A stretch of 64,000 nucleotides of DNA from Macrostomum lignano (GCA_002269645.1 NIVC01000297.1:310001-374000), one strand, 5' to 3'; counted from the first letter of the stretch, positions 38,525 through 52,176 are shown. Program-made: numbers and translations. Notes: a model not told the origin generated them from the letters alone.

Positions 38525-39822
38525 GTTTCCTACCTCTCTGTGTCCTATCTTACTGTCTCCTATCTCACTGTCTCTATCTCACTGTCTCTATCTCAGTGTC
38601 TCCTATCTCACTGTCTCCTATCTCACTGTCTCCTATCTCAGTGTCTCCTATCTCAGTGTCTCCTATCTCAGTGTCTCCTATCTCAGTGTCTCCTATCTCA
38701 GTGTCTCCTATCTCAGTGTCTCCTATCTCAGTGTCTCCTATCTTACTGTCTCCTATCTCACTGTCTCCTATCTCACTGTCTCCTATCTCACTGTCTCCTA
38801 TCTCAGTGTCTCCTATCTCAGTGTCTCCTATCTCAGTGTCTCCTATCTCACTGTCTCCTATCTCACTGTCTCCTATCTCACTGTCTCTATCTCAGTGTCT
38901 CCTATCTCACTGTCTCCTATCTCAGTGTCTCCTATCTCACTGTCTCTTATCTCACTGTCTCCTATCTCTCTGTCTCCTATCTCAGTGTCTCCTATCTCAG
39001 TGTCTCCTATCTCACTGTCTCCTATCTCACTGTCTCTATCTCAGTGTCTCCTATCTCACTGTCTCCTATCTCAGTGTCTCCTATCTCACTGTCTCTTATC
39101 TCACTGTCTCCTATCTCTCTGTCTCCTATCTCACTGTCTCCTATCTCAGTGTCTCCTATCTCAGTGTCTCCTATCTCACTGTCTCCTATCTCACTGTCTC
39201 CTATCTCAGTGTCTCCTATCTCACTGTCTCCTATTTCACTGTCTCTATCTCAGTGTCTCCTATCTCAGTGTCTCCTATCTCACTGTCTCCTATCTTACTG
39301 TCTCCTATCTCACTGTCTCTTATCTCACTGTCTCCTATCTCACTGTCTCCTATCTTACTGTCTCTTATCTCACTGTCTCCTATCTCACTGTCTCCTATCT
39401 CACTGTCTCCTATCTCAGTGTCTTCTATCTCACTGTCTCTTATCTCACTGTCTCTTATCTCACTGTCTCCTATCTCTCTGTCTCCTATCTCACTGTCTCT
39501 TATCTCACTGTCTCCTATCTCACTGTCTCCTATCTCAGTGTCTCCTATCTCACTGTCTCTTATCTCACTGTCTCTTATCTCACTGTCTCTTATCTCACTG
39601 TCTCCTATCTCTCTGTCTCCTATCTCTCTGTCTCCTATCTCACTGTCTCCTATCTTACTGTCTCCTATCTCACTGTCTCTTATCTCACTGTCTCCTATCT
39701 CACTGTCTCCTATCTTACTGTCTCTTATCTCACTGTCTCCTATCTCACTGTCTCCTATCTCAGTGTCTCCTATCTCACTGTCTCTTATCTCACTGTCTCC
39801 TATCTCTCTGTCTCCTATCTCA
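38525..39822. repeat. 15 bp minisatellite CCTATCTCACTGTCT
   Basis: About 85 copies. Confidence 0.95.
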
Positions 39823-40514
39823 CAATCACCCCGTCAGTCACTCCGATCTCAGGCAGACTCCCCATACAGACATACGAGTACCTGTCTCTCCCTATCTCTG
39901 ACAGGCAGAATTTTGTCTCACATAGTTCGCCCAGTCCCAATTCTGTTATCCCCTGCCTGCTCCTAGACTGCAAGAAGGCAGAAGTCACACCATTGATGAA
40001 CCGACCGCTTAGACTTTTATTGATGGGTGGTTAGGCAAGACTGTTGGGGTAACAATTCTTTCTTTTGCTACTTTTTCCAGGCCGCCGATAGGGTGGTGGG
40101 AACATTGTCCCTCAGTTCACACCTGTGAGGTGTGCCTTAATGGGGGGGCGACTTCTTGTAGTTTTCTTCTTGCAGTTTTTATCTGTTTGCTGCTGTTGCT
40201 GTTGTCTATGCGAGTGAAATTAACATTTTTTTGGCCCAGTTACCTGACGCTGGTAATCATAACTTGCTTTTAATGGCAAAATCCATAGTAAAAATGAAAT
40301 GAAGAATACACAATTTCTCGGAAGCTGTTGCGCTGGCCTGGGTGGAACAAGCGCAAAAGCATGTTTATGAGCATTGACAAGCTTTTCTCTAAGTTGTAGA
40401 TAGTCTGCTAACTGGTGAATATGCACTTTTCATCTCTGCGAATAAATGTAATTTGTTTTTTTAGTCTAAATATGCGTCTCAATTGTTTCTAAAAATGTAC
40501 TTATTTATCACCAG

Positions 40515-43500
40515 AGGTGTGTCACCGATTTCAAGAGTGTCACTGATTTGTCACTGAAGAGTGTCACTGATTTGTCACTGAAGAGTGTCACTGATTTGTC
40601 ACTGAAGAGTGTCACTGATTTGTCACTGAAGAGTGTCACTGATTTGTCACAGAAGAGTGTCACTGATTTGTCACTGAAGAGTGTCACTGATTTGTCACTG
40701 AAGAGTGTCACTGATTTGTCACTGATTTGTCACTGATTTGTCACTGAAGAGTGTCACTGATTTGTCAGTGAAGAGTGTCACTGATTTGTCAGTGAAAAGT
40801 GTCACGGATTTGTCACTGATTTGTCACTGATTTGTCACAGAAGAGTGTCACTGATTTGTCACTGAAGAGTGTCACTGATTTGTCACTGAAGAGTGTCACG
40901 GATTTGTCACTGAAGAGTGTCACTGATTTACCACTGAAGAGTGTCACTGATTTGTCACTGAAAAGTGTCACGGATTTGTCACTGAAGAGTGTCACGGATT
41001 TGTCACTGAATAGTGTCACTGATTTGTCACTGAAGAGTGTCACGGATTTTTCACTGAAGAGTGTCACGGATTTGTCACTGAAGAGTGTCACTGATTTGTC
41101 ACTGAAGAGTGTCACTGATTTGTCAGTGAAAAGTGTCACGGATTTGTCACTGAAGAGTGTCACTGATTTGTCACTGAAGAGTGTCACGGATTTGTCACTG
41201 AAGAGTGTCACTGATTTGTCACTGAAAAGTGTCACGGATTTGTCACTGAAGAGTGTCACTGTTTGTCACTGAAGAGTGTCACTGATTTGTCACTGAAGAG
41301 TGTCACGGATTTGTCACTGAAGAGTGTCACTGATTTGTCACTGAAGAGTTTCACTGATTTGTCACTGAAAAGTGTAACGGATTTGTCACTGAAGAGTGTC
41401 ACTGTTTGTCACTGAATAGTGTCACTGATTTGTCACTGAAAGGTGTCACTGATTTGTCACTGATTTGTCACTGAAGAGTGTCACTGATTTGTCACAAAAG
41501 AGTGTCACTGATTTGTCACTGATTTGTCACTGATTTGTCACTAAAGAGTGTCACTGATTTGCCACTGAAAAGTGTCACTGATTTGTCACTGATTTGTCAC
41601 TGAAGAGTGTCACTGATTTGTCACTGAAGAGTGTCACGGATTTTTCACTGAAGAGTGTCACTGATTTGTCACTGAAGAGTGTCACTGATTTGTCACTGAA
41701 AAGTGTCACTGATTTGTCACTGAAGAGTGTCACTGATTTGTCACTGATTTGTCACTGAAGAGTGTCACTGATTTGTCACTAAAGAGTGTCACTGATTTGT
41801 CACTGATTTGTCACTGAAGAGTGTCACTGATTTGTCACTGAAGAGTGTCACGGATTTGTCACTGAAGAGTGTCACTGATTTACCACTGAAGAGTGTCACT
41901 GATTTGTCACTGAAAAGTGTAACGGATTTGTCACTGAAGAGTGTCACTGATTTGTCACTGAAGAGTGTCACTGATTTGTCACTGAAAAGTGTAACGGATT
42001 TGTCACTGAAGAGTGTCACTGATTTGTCACTGAAGAGTGTCACGGATTTGTCACTGAAGAGTGTCACTGATTTGTCACTGAAGAGTGTCACGGATTTGTC
42101 ACTGAAGAGTGTCACTGATTTGTCACTGAAGAGTGTCACGGATTTGTCACTGAAGAGTGTCACTGATTTGTCACTGAAGAGTGTCACTGATTTGTCAGTG
42201 AAAAGTGTCACGGATTTGTCACTGAAGAGTGTCACTGATTTGTCACTGAAGAGTGTCACGGATTTGTCACTGAAGAGTGTCACTGATTTGTCACTGAAAA
42301 GTGTAACGGATTTGTCACTGAAGAGTGTCACTGATTTGTCACTGATTTTTCACTGAAGAGTGTCACTGATTTGTCACTGAAGAGTGTCACTGATTTGTCA
42401 CTGAAGAGTGTAACGGATTTGTCACTGAAGAGTGTCACTGATTTGTCACTGAAAAGTGTCACGGATTTGTCACTGAAGAGTGTCACTGATTTGTCACTGA
42501 AGAGTGTCACGGATTTGTCACTGAAAAGTGTCACTGATTTGTCACTGATTTGTCACTGAAGAGTGTCACTGATTTGTCACTAAAGAGTGTCACTGATTTG
42601 TCACTGATTTGTCACTGATTTGTCACTAAAGAGTGTCACTGATTTGCCACTGAAAAGTGTCACTGATTTGTCACGGATTTGTCACTGAAGAGTGTCACTG
42701 ATTTGTCACTGAAGAGTGTCACGGATTTGTCACTAAAGAGTGTCACGGATTTGTCACTGAAGAGTGTCACTGATTTGTCACTGAAAGGTGTCACTGATTT
42801 GTCACTGAAAAGTGTCACGGATTTGTCACTGAAAGGTGTCACTGATTTGTCACTGAAAAGTGTCACTGATTTGTCACTGAAGAGTGTCACTGTTTGTCAC
42901 TGAAGAGTGTCACTGATTTGTCACTGAAGAGTTTCACTGATTTGTCACTGAAGAGTTTCACTGATTTGTCACTGAAAAGTGTAACGGATTTGTCACTGAA
43001 GAGTGTCACTGATTTGTCACTGAAGAGTGTCACGGATTTGTCCCTGAAGAGTGTCACGGATTTGTCACTGAAGAGTTTCACTGATTTGTCACTGAAGAGT
43101 GTCACGGATTTGTCACTGAAGAGTGTCACTGATTTGTCACTGAAGAGTTTCACTAATTTGTCACTGAAAAGTGTAACGGATTTGTCACTGAATAGTGTCA
43201 CTGATTTGTCACTGAAAAGTGTCACGGATTTGTCACTGAAGAGTGTCACTGTTTGTCACTGAAGAGTGTCACTGATTTGTCACTGAAGAGTTTCACTGAT
43301 TTGTCACTGAAGAGTGTCACTGATTTGTCACTGAAGAGTGTCACTGATTTGTCACTGAAAAGTGTCACGGATTTGTCACTGAAGAGTGTCACGGATTTGT
43401 CACTGAAGAGTGTCACGGATTTTTCACTGAAGAGTGTCACTGATTTGTCACTGAAGAGTGTCACTGATTTGTCACTGAAGAGTGTCACTGATTTGTCACT

Positions 43501-43900
43501 GAAGAGTGTCACGGATTTGTCACTGAAGAGTGTCACGGATTTGTCACTGATTTGTCACTGATTTTTCACTGAAGAGTGTCACTGATTTGTCACTAAAGAG
43601 TGTCACTGATTTGTCACTGATTTGTCACTGAAAAGTGTCACTGATTTGTCACTGAAGAGTGTCACGGATTTGTCACTGAAGAGTGTCACGGATTTTTCAC
43701 TGAAGAGTGTCACTGATTTGTCACTGAAGAGTGTCACTGATTTGTCACTGAAGAGTGTCACTGATTTGTCACTGAAGAGTGTCACGGATTTTCACTGAAG
43801 AGTGTCACTGATTTGTCAGTGAAAAGTGTCACGGATTTGTCACTGATTTGTCACTGAAGAGTGTCACTGATTTGTCACTGATTTGTCACCTGTTTGTCAC
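40515..43900. repeat. 24 bp minisatellite GTGTCACTGATTTGTCACTGAAGA (dimer of ~12-mers)
   Basis: About 140 copies. Confidence 0.96.
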
Positions 43901-44309
43901 TGACTTGTTAATATAAGTGTCAGTGATTTCACATTGCTTTGTCACTGATTTTTCTCTGATTTGTCACTGACTTGTTAATAAAAGTGTCACTAATTTGTTA
44001 CTACATGCGTATTACTCATTTAAATCTACAAAGTTCACTTTTTCATTCGTTAGAAAATTTTAACCTACGTTATCAGACTCAATACCTTCAGTTGCTTTTT
44101 ATAAAAATTTCTCAAAAAGTGAGCTAATCCTTACTCAAGCATATTTTCTGCTTTTAATCTTTTCACAGCATTCGAGACTGACGGGGTATCAGCTGCAGTT
44201 CCTGGGAGTCTGCAAGACAGCTTTGGTTCCATTAGAATCTTGGACCTAGAGATCTCATCCAAAATCATGAGAGTTCACCTGAAACCATGAGATCTAACCG
44301 AAATTGAGA

Positions 44310-44655
44310 CTCTCTGAGATGTGATTCTTTTGAGATGATATTCTTGGGGATTATATTCTCTGAGATGTGATTTTTCTGAGATGAGACTCTCTGAGATGAG
44401 ACTCTCTGAGACGAAATTCTCTGAGATTAGATTCTCTGAGATTAGATTCCTCTGAGATTAGATTCCTCTGAGATTGGATTCTTCTTAAATATGATTCTTA
44501 TAAGATGAGATTCTCTGAGATGAGATTCTTCTTAGATAAGATTCTGATAAGATGAGATTCTCTGAGATGAGATTCTTCTTAGATAAGATTCTTATAAGAT
44601 GAGATTATCTGAGATGAGATTCTCTGAGATGAGATTCTCTGAGATGAGATTCTCT
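44310..44655. repeat. ~15 bp minisatellite GAGATGAGATTCTCT
   Basis: About 20 degenerate copies. Confidence 0.85.
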
Positions 44656-44766
44656 CGGTTAAGATTCAGAGAATGGAATGGAGAATATAGATTTTTTAGG
44701 GTTTAAAAAACTTGGAAGACAATTGTTTGCACAGAAATGTCCATAGAAACACACATATAGAATCTG

Positions 44767-44772
44767 TTTATT
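44767..44772 (-). promoter_or_regulatory. Candidate polyadenylation signal of the Shisa-like gene
   Basis: AATAAA on the minus strand ~150 nt after the stop. Confidence 0.5.
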
Positions 44773-44918
44773 ATTGTAGGCAAAAAATATAAAAAACGGC
44801 ACAGAGCTTCCCTCATGAATATTTGTCGAACACTTGAATTTTTACGGTACGGCGCTTTCTGTAAAAAATGTTCACAAAATTTTTAAATCTTCATTCTTCC
44901 GTCGGCGCGCGATGAAGT

Positions 44919-45012
44919 TCATTTTAATTTTCTAAAAAAGTGAACAGCACCAATGGCTGCACAAGCAACGGCGGTAACGATTATCACCACCACCCAAGCA
45001 ACTCGGCCGGGA
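44919..45012 (-). CDS. Shisa-like exon 4 (TM helix and tail)
   Basis: Acceptor ATTTTCAG|T; encodes (N)PGRVAWVVVIIVTAVACAAIGAVHFFRKLK*. Confidence 0.78.
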
Positions 45013-48000
45013 CTGAAAATATTTAATTTAGATGCTATTTTCCTGACTGCTCTACTTATTTAAGCAAATTTAGTAGAATAAGAATGATTTGAGAATATAA
45101 TTTCCTTTTAAACTATAATCATAAATATTATATTAAGATGTATAATACTATATCCATACCATATACTATATACAAGATTTGAGTATCTGGGCACCACTAT
45201 CTGTAGGTAATTATAGATATGCGAAATCCCAATCTCCAGGTATCTTAGGTGTGGGAAATTCTAATCATGGTATCTTGGATATTTGAAATCTCAGTGTCCA
45301 GATACCTTAGACATGGAAAATCCCAATCTGGAGGTATCTTAGACATAGGAAATCCCAATCTGCAGGTATCTTAGACATGGGAAATCCCAATCTGCAGGTA
45401 TCTTAGACATGGGAAACCCCAATCTGCAGGTATCTTAGACATAGGAAACCCCAATCTGCAGGTATCTTAGACATAGGAAATCCCAATCTCCAGGTATCTT
45501 AGACATGGGAAACCCCAATCTGCAGGTATCTTAGACATGGGAAACCCCAATCTGCAGGTATCTTAGACATGGGAAACCCCAATCTGCAGGTATCTTAGAC
45601 ATGGGAAACCCCAATCTGCAGGTATCTTAGACATGGGAAATCCCAATCTGCAGGTATCTTAGACATGGGAAACCCCAATCTGCAGGTATCTTAGACATGG
45701 GAAATCCCAATCTCCGGGTATCTTAGACATGGGAAATTCCAATCTGCAGGTATCTTAGACACGGGAAATCCCAATCTTCGGGTATCTCAGACATGGGAAA
45801 CCCCAATCTGCAGGTATCTTAGACATGGGAAATCCCAATCTTCAGGTATCTCAGACATGGGAAACCCCAATCTGCAGGTATCTTAGACATGGGAAATCCC
45901 AATCTGCAGGTATCTCAGACATGGGAAATCCCAATCTGCAGGTATCTCAGACATGGGAAATCCCAATCTGCAGGTATCTTAGACATGGGAAATCCCAATC
46001 TGCAGGTATCTTAGACATGGGAAACCCCAATCTGCAGGTATCTTAGACATGGGAAACCCCAATCTGCAGGTATCTTAGACATGGGAAATCCCAATCTGCA
46101 GGTATCTTAGACATGGGAAACCCCAATCTGCAGGTATCTTAGACATGGGAAATCCCAATCTCCGGGTATCTTAGACATGGGAAATTCCAATCTGCAGGTA
46201 TCTTAGACACGGGAAATCCCAATCTTCGGGTATCTCAGACATGGGAAACCCCAATCTGCAGGTATCTTAGACATGGGAAATCCCAATCTTCAGGTATCTC
46301 AGACATGGGAAATCCCAATCTGCAGGTATCTCAGACATGGGAAATCCCAATCTGCAGGTATCTCAGACATGGGAAATCCCAATCTGCAGGTATCTCAGAC
46401 ATGGGAAATCCCAATCTGCGGGTATCTTAGACATGGGAAATCCCAATCTGCAGGTATCTCAGACATGGGAAATCCCAATCTGCAGGTATCTTAGACATGG
46501 GAAATCCCAATCTGCAGGTATCTTAGACATGGGAAATCCCAATCTGCGGGTATCTCAGACACGGGAAATCCCAATGCCTCGCACAGACACTTACTTGTCC
46601 CAGAAGGTGCAGCAGTACTCAGCAGTCTCGGGTCCGCAGCAGTACTTCTTGTCGCCCCTGTCATCCAGCGGGCAGGCAAAAATTCCCAGTACAGTTTCGT
46701 TTCGATAGAGCCACGGTTCAACAACAGAATTGTTGAGGTCCGCGGTGATCGGGTCCAGCAGGTTCACGCACAGAGTGGGCTGCTCATTGTCATCGTAGTG
46801 CCTCCGGTAGCGGGAGCGGGAAAAGAATATGCCTCGCGTCAGGGCGAAGGCTTGGACATAGACGCTGAAGACCGGTGGTTGATGGTCTGTACACTAGTCA
46901 TAACCCAATATGTACACTCAGTCATGATCCCAATCTGTACATGATCCCAATCTGTACATGATCCCAATCTGTACATGATCCCAATCTGTACATGATCCCA
47001 ATCTGTACATGATCCCAATCTGTACATGATCCCAATCTGTACATGATCCCAATCTGTACATGATCCCAATCTGTACATGATCCCAATCTGTACATGATCC
47101 CAATCTGTACATGATCCCAATCTGTACATGATCCCAATCTGTACATGATCCCAATCTGTACATGATCCCAATCTGTACATGATCCCAATCTGTACATGAT
47201 CTTAATCTGTACATGATCCCAATCTGTACATGATCCCAATCTGTACTTGATCCCAATCTGTACTTGATCCCAATCTGTACACTCAGTCATGATCCCAGTC
47301 TGTACACTCAGTCATGATCCCAGTCTGTACACTCAGTCATGATCCCAGTCTGTACACTCAGTCATGACCCCAATCTGTACACTCAGTCATGACCCCAGTC
47401 TGTACACTCAGTCATGATCCCAGTCTGTACACTCAGTCATGATCCCAGTCTGTACACTCAGTCATGATCCCAGTCTGTACACTCAGTCATGATCCCAGTC
47501 TGTACACTCAGTCATGATCCCAGTCTGTACACTCAGTCATGATCCCAGTCTGTACACTCAGTCATGATCCCAGTCTGTACACTCAGTCATGATCCCAATT
47601 AGCAGCACGAACTCACGAGAATCTGCTTCGCACAACGTTGGACACGGAGCCTGAGTACTTGATGGAGCGGTACCCTCCGCTGCGGTAACTCATGGACCTG
47701 GAGGAGTACCCGCCACCGTACCTGCCGCCCGACCTTCCGCCGCCACCCCTCGCAGCGTCAACTGGGTCGACTGAAAACATGTAAGTTAAGTCTGGAGTGC
47801 TCAGAGGTTTGGATGGACTAGGAAGGCACATGAAGGTTCAGGGAGATAGCGAAGAGCCAAGCGGTGAAGACATCAGAGTGATAAGGAAGACATCAGGGTG
47901 ATAAGAAAGACATCAGAGTGATAAGAAAGACATCAGAGTGATAAGAAAGACATCAGAGTGATAAGAAAGACATCAGAGTGATAAGAAAGACATCAGAGTG

Positions 48001-50201
48001 ATAAGAAAGACATCAGAGTGATAAGAAAGACATCAGAGTGATAAGAAAGACATCAGAGTGATACTGAAGACATCAGAGTGATAAGGAAGACATCAGAGTG
48101 ATACTGAAGACATCAGAGTGATACTGAAGACATCAGAGTGATACGGAGGATATCAGAGTGATAAGGAAGACATCAGAGTGATACTGAAGACATCAGAGTG
48201 ATAAGGAAGATATCAGAGTGATACTGAAGACATCAGAGTGATACGGAAGACATCAAAGTGATAAGGAAGACATCAGAGTGATAAGAAAGACATCAGAGTG
48301 ATAAGGAAGACATCAGAGTGATAAGAAAGACATCAGAGTGATAAGGAAGATATCAGAGTGATACTGAAGACATCAGAGTGATAAGGAAGACATCAGAGTG
48401 ATATGGAAGACATCAGAGTGATATGGAAGACATCAGAGTGATAAGGAAGACATCAGAGTGATACGGAGGATATCAGAGTGATAAGGAAGACATCAGAGTG
48501 ATACTGAAGACATCAGAGTGGTAAGGAAGATATCAGAGTGATACTGAAGACATCAGAGTGATACGGAAGACATCAAAGTGATAAGGAAGACATCAGAGTG
48601 ATAAGAAAGACATCAGAGTGATAAGGAAGACATCAGAGTGATAAGAAAGACATCAGAGTGATAAGGAAGACATCAGAGTGATAAGGAAGCCATCAGAGTG
48701 ATAAGAAAGACATCAGAGTGATAAGAAAGACATCAGAGTGATAAGAAATACATCAGAGTGATACTGAAGACACCAGAGTGATAAGGAAGACATCAGAGTG
48801 ATACTGAAGACATCAGAGTGATACGGAAGACATCAGAGTGATAAGGAAGACATCAGAGTGATAAGGAAGACATCAGAGTGATAAGAAAGACATCAGAGTG
48901 ATAAGAAAGACATCAGAGTGATAAGAAAGACATCAGAGTGATAAGGAAGACATCAGAGTGATACTGAAGACATCAGAGTGATACGGAAGACATCAGAGTG
49001 ATATGGAAGACATCAGAGTGATAAGGAAGACATTCGAGTGATAAGGAAGACATTCGAGTGATAAGGAAGACATCAGAGTGATAAGGAAGACATCAGAGTG
49101 ATAAGGAAGACATCAGAGTGATAAGGAAGACATCAGAGTGATAAGGAAGACATCAGAGTGATACTGAAGACATCAGAGTGATAAGGAAGACATCAGAGTG
49201 ATATGGAAGACACCAGAGTGATAAGGAAGACATCAGAGTGATAAGGAAGATATCAGAGTGATACTGAAGACATCAGAGTGATAAGGAAGACATCAGAGTG
49301 ATATGGAAGACATCAGAGTGATATGGAAGACATCAGAGTGATAAGGAAGACATCAGAGTGATAAGGAAGACATCAGAGTGATACTGAAGACATCAGAGTG
49401 ATACTGAAGACATCAGAGTGATACGGAGGATATCAGAGTGATAAGGAAGACATCAGAGTGATAAGGAAGATATCAGAGTGATACTGAAGACATCAGAGTG
49501 ATACGGAAGACATCAAAGTGATAAGGAAGACATCAGAGTGATAAGGAAGACATCAGAGTGATAATGAAGACATCCGAGATATAAGAAAGACACCAGAGTG
49601 ATAAGAAAGACATCAGAGTGATAAGGAAGACATCAGAGTGATAAGGAAGACATCAGAGTGATAAGGAAGACATCAGAGTGATAAGGAAGACATCAGAGTG
49701 ATAAGAAAGACATCAGAGTGATAAGGGACACCAGAGTGATAAGAAAGACATCAGAGTGATAAGGGACACCAGAGTGATAAGAAAGACATCAGAGTGATAA
49801 GGAAGACATCAGAGTGATAAGGAAGACATCAGAGTGATAAGGAAGACATCAGAGTGATAAGGAAGACATCAGAGTGATAAGAAAGACATCAGAGTGATAA
49901 GGAAGACATCAGAGTGATAAGGAAGACATCAGAGTGATAAGAAAGACATCAGAGTGATAAGGAAGACATCAGAGTGATAAGGAAGACATCAGAGTGATAA
50001 GGAAGACATCAGAGTGATAAGGAAGACATCAGAGTGATAAGGAAGACATCAGAGTGATAAGGAAGACATCAGAGTGATAAGGAACACATCCGAGTGCCAA
50101 GTCAAACAATCTTGAATGAAAAGATCAAGCAGCAACTTACGCAGTTGTCCCAGCAGTACAAGACCGCAAATTAGAAGTAAAATATTCTGCATCAGCCGCA
50201 T
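44919..50201 (-). CDS. Shisa-like (STMC6/CX-type) type I membrane protein; gene model join(50201-50141, 47770-47617, 46864-46595, 45012-44919), 192 aa
   Basis: Exons of 61+154+270+94 nt = 579 nt, phases 1, 2, 2, all GT-AG. Signal peptide, RGG/Tyr-rich segment, C*C*CC*CC module, TM helix and short basic tail. Confidence 0.8.
45310..46575. repeat. 32 bp minisatellite GACATGGGAAATCCCAATCTGCAGGTATCTTA
   Basis: About 40 copies filling Shisa-like intron 3; 448-bp (14-unit) higher-order duplication. Confidence 0.95.
46595..46864 (-). CDS. Shisa-like exon 3 (Cys-rich ectodomain)
   Basis: Acceptor TCTTCAG|C, donor AA|GTAAGT. Encodes TLCVN...FACPLDDRGDKKYCCGPETAEYCCTFWD; N-glycosylation sequons NNS and NET. 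Confidence 0.85.
46887..47597. repeat. 17 bp (CATGATCCCAATCTGTA) and derived 25 bp (CACTCAGTCATGATCCCAGTCTGTA) minisatellites
   Basis: About 21 plus 13 copies filling Shisa-like intron 2. Confidence 0.95.
47617..47770 (-). CDS. Shisa-like exon 2 (signal cleavage site and RGG/Tyr/Ser-rich region)
   Basis: Acceptor TTTTCAG|TC, donor TC|GTGAGT; encodes DPVDAARGGGGRSGGRYGGGYSSRSMSYRSGGY.... Confidence 0.82.
47860..50096. repeat. 20 bp minisatellite GACATCAGAGTGATAAGGAA
   Basis: About 110 copies filling Shisa-like intron 1. Confidence 0.96.
50141..50201 (-). CDS. Shisa-like exon 1 (signal peptide)
   Basis: ATG 50201, MRLMQNILLLICGLVLLGQL, donor C|GTAAGT; phase 1 matches exon 2. CTACAG acceptor 31 nt upstream of the ATG. 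Confidence 0.8.
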
Positions 50202-50649
50202 GTTAATTTCCAATGGGTAGGGGATAGGTTAGCTGTAGTTGGCTCTTGCAAATTTTACTTTGTATTGCGTCTATGCTTGAGAAAGGCTGTATTAAAGTGT
50301 CTTGCGTCAATGCCACTCAAAAAACAAGCCTAGAAGTGTTCTTTTCTCTTTTGTACACTGAACTCAACGCACAATGATGTTGAGAGTACACATGCACAGT
50401 TAAAGCTGAGTATTAGTGCTCAGTTGTGCGTGCAGATTTTCTGGAAAGAAAATTGCTTTATCTTATAGTTAGCAATACTTTTCTTCTCTTCTAAAACTGT
50501 GACGCCAGCAGCCCTGCTCTATCTAATGCCTTATTTGGCTCGAGCGATATTTCTTTTGAGTTGCGTACTGGGGCGGTGTCACTAATGCTTGAATTAACGT
50601 TTCACGGGTACATGTAAAATCCTAAACTAGGTATAAAGTTCTTTTTGCT

Positions 50650-51715
50650 CTTCCCCATACCCCTGTGCCCTTCCCCATACCCCTGTGCCCTTCCCCATAC
50701 CCCTGTGCCCTTCCCCATACCCCTGTGCCCTTCCCCATACCCCTTGCCCATACCCCTGTGTCCTTCCCCATACCCCTGTGCCCTTCCCCATACCCCTGTG
50801 CCCTTCCCCATACCCTGTGCCCTTCCCCATACCCCTGTGCCCTTCCCCATACCCCTGTGTCCTTCCCCATACCCCTGTGCCCTTCCCCATACCCCTGTGC
50901 CCTTCCCCATACCCCTGTGCCCTTCCCCATACTCCTGTGCCCTTCCCCATACCCCTGTGCCCTTCCCCATACCCCTGTGCCCTTCCCCATACCCCTGTGC
51001 CCTTGCCCATACTCCTGTGCCCTTCCCCATACTCCTGTGCCCTTGCCCATACCCCTGTACCCTTCCCCATACTCCTGTGCCCTTGCCCATACCCCTGTAC
51101 CCTTCCCCATACTCCTGTGCCCTTCCCCATACTCCTGTGCCCTTGCCCATACTCCTGTGCCCTTGCCCATACCCCTGTGCCCTTCCCCATACCCCTGTGT
51201 CTTTGCCCATACCCCTGTGCCCTTCCCGATACCCCTATGCCCTTCCCCATACCCCTATGCCCTTCCCCATACCCCTGTGCCCTTCCCCATACCCCTTGCC
51301 CATACCCCTGTGTCCTTCCCCATACCCCTGTGGCCTTCCCCATACCCCTGTGCCCTTCCCCATACCCCTGTGCCCTTCCCCATACCCCTGTGCCCTTCCC
51401 CATACCCCTTGCCCATACCCCTGTGTCCTTCCCCATACCCCTGTGCCCTTCCCCATACCCCTGTGCCCTTCCCCATACCCCTGTGCCCTTCCCCATACCC
51501 CTGTGCCCTTCCCCATACCCCTGTGCCCTTCCCCATACCCCTGTGCCCTTCCCCATACCCCTGTGCCCTTCCCCATACCCCTATGCCCTTCCCCATACCC
51601 TGTGCCCTTCCCCATACCCTATGCCCTTCCCCATACCTATGCCCTTCCCCATACCCCTGTGCCCTTCCCCATACCCTGTGCCCTTCCCCATACCCCTATG
51701 CCCTTCCCCATACCC
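50650..51715. repeat. 20 bp minisatellite CCTTCCCCATACCCCTGTGC
   Basis: About 53 copies. Confidence 0.95.
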
Positions 51716-52132
51716 TTTCATCCCCAAACCCCTGTGCTTTCCCCAACAGACCAACAGACGGATAGGAGAGGAGAGAGGTAGAGTGGGAGAGGGAGAGGAG
51801 GCGCAGTGAGAAGTTTTGGTTACAGGCGGCAGCTCAGTGATCTAGCATTAGTCTAATATTATGCAACTCAGTGGCCTCCAAAGTCTCAGTTTACACGTCA
51901 GCGCTTCGTAAGGCAGTAAAAACCAGGAGCCAAAGTTTATGGCTGCAACTCTTTGTTATAGTAGCTAATTAGCATATTCTGCTATGTTAATTAGTAGCTG
52001 AATTCGAAACAGTAAGCAATTCAGTGACGCGAAATTGGTATCAGGTATACATATTGGACTGGTTTTGTTTCCTGCAATTCGATACCATTTGCTACTAGGG
52101 TAAGTAATTTCTCTCAGGATTTAAAATCACTT

Positions 52133-52175
52133 TACGCTAATAGTCAAAATGTCAGTCTGTTTTGACTATTAGCGT

Positions 52176-52176
<1 letters not shown>
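52133..52176. other. Perfect 17-bp inverted repeat (hairpin, 10-nt loop)
   Basis: TACGCTAATAGTCAAAA-TGTCAGTCTG-TTTTGACTATTAGCGTA, abutting the (GACA)n array. Confidence 0.9.

Noticed and set aside
46886-46890. TACAG acceptor at 46886 for Shisa-like exon 3
   Set aside because: Phase-incompatible with the exon 2 donor; the TCTTCAG acceptor (exon start 46864) keeps the frame.
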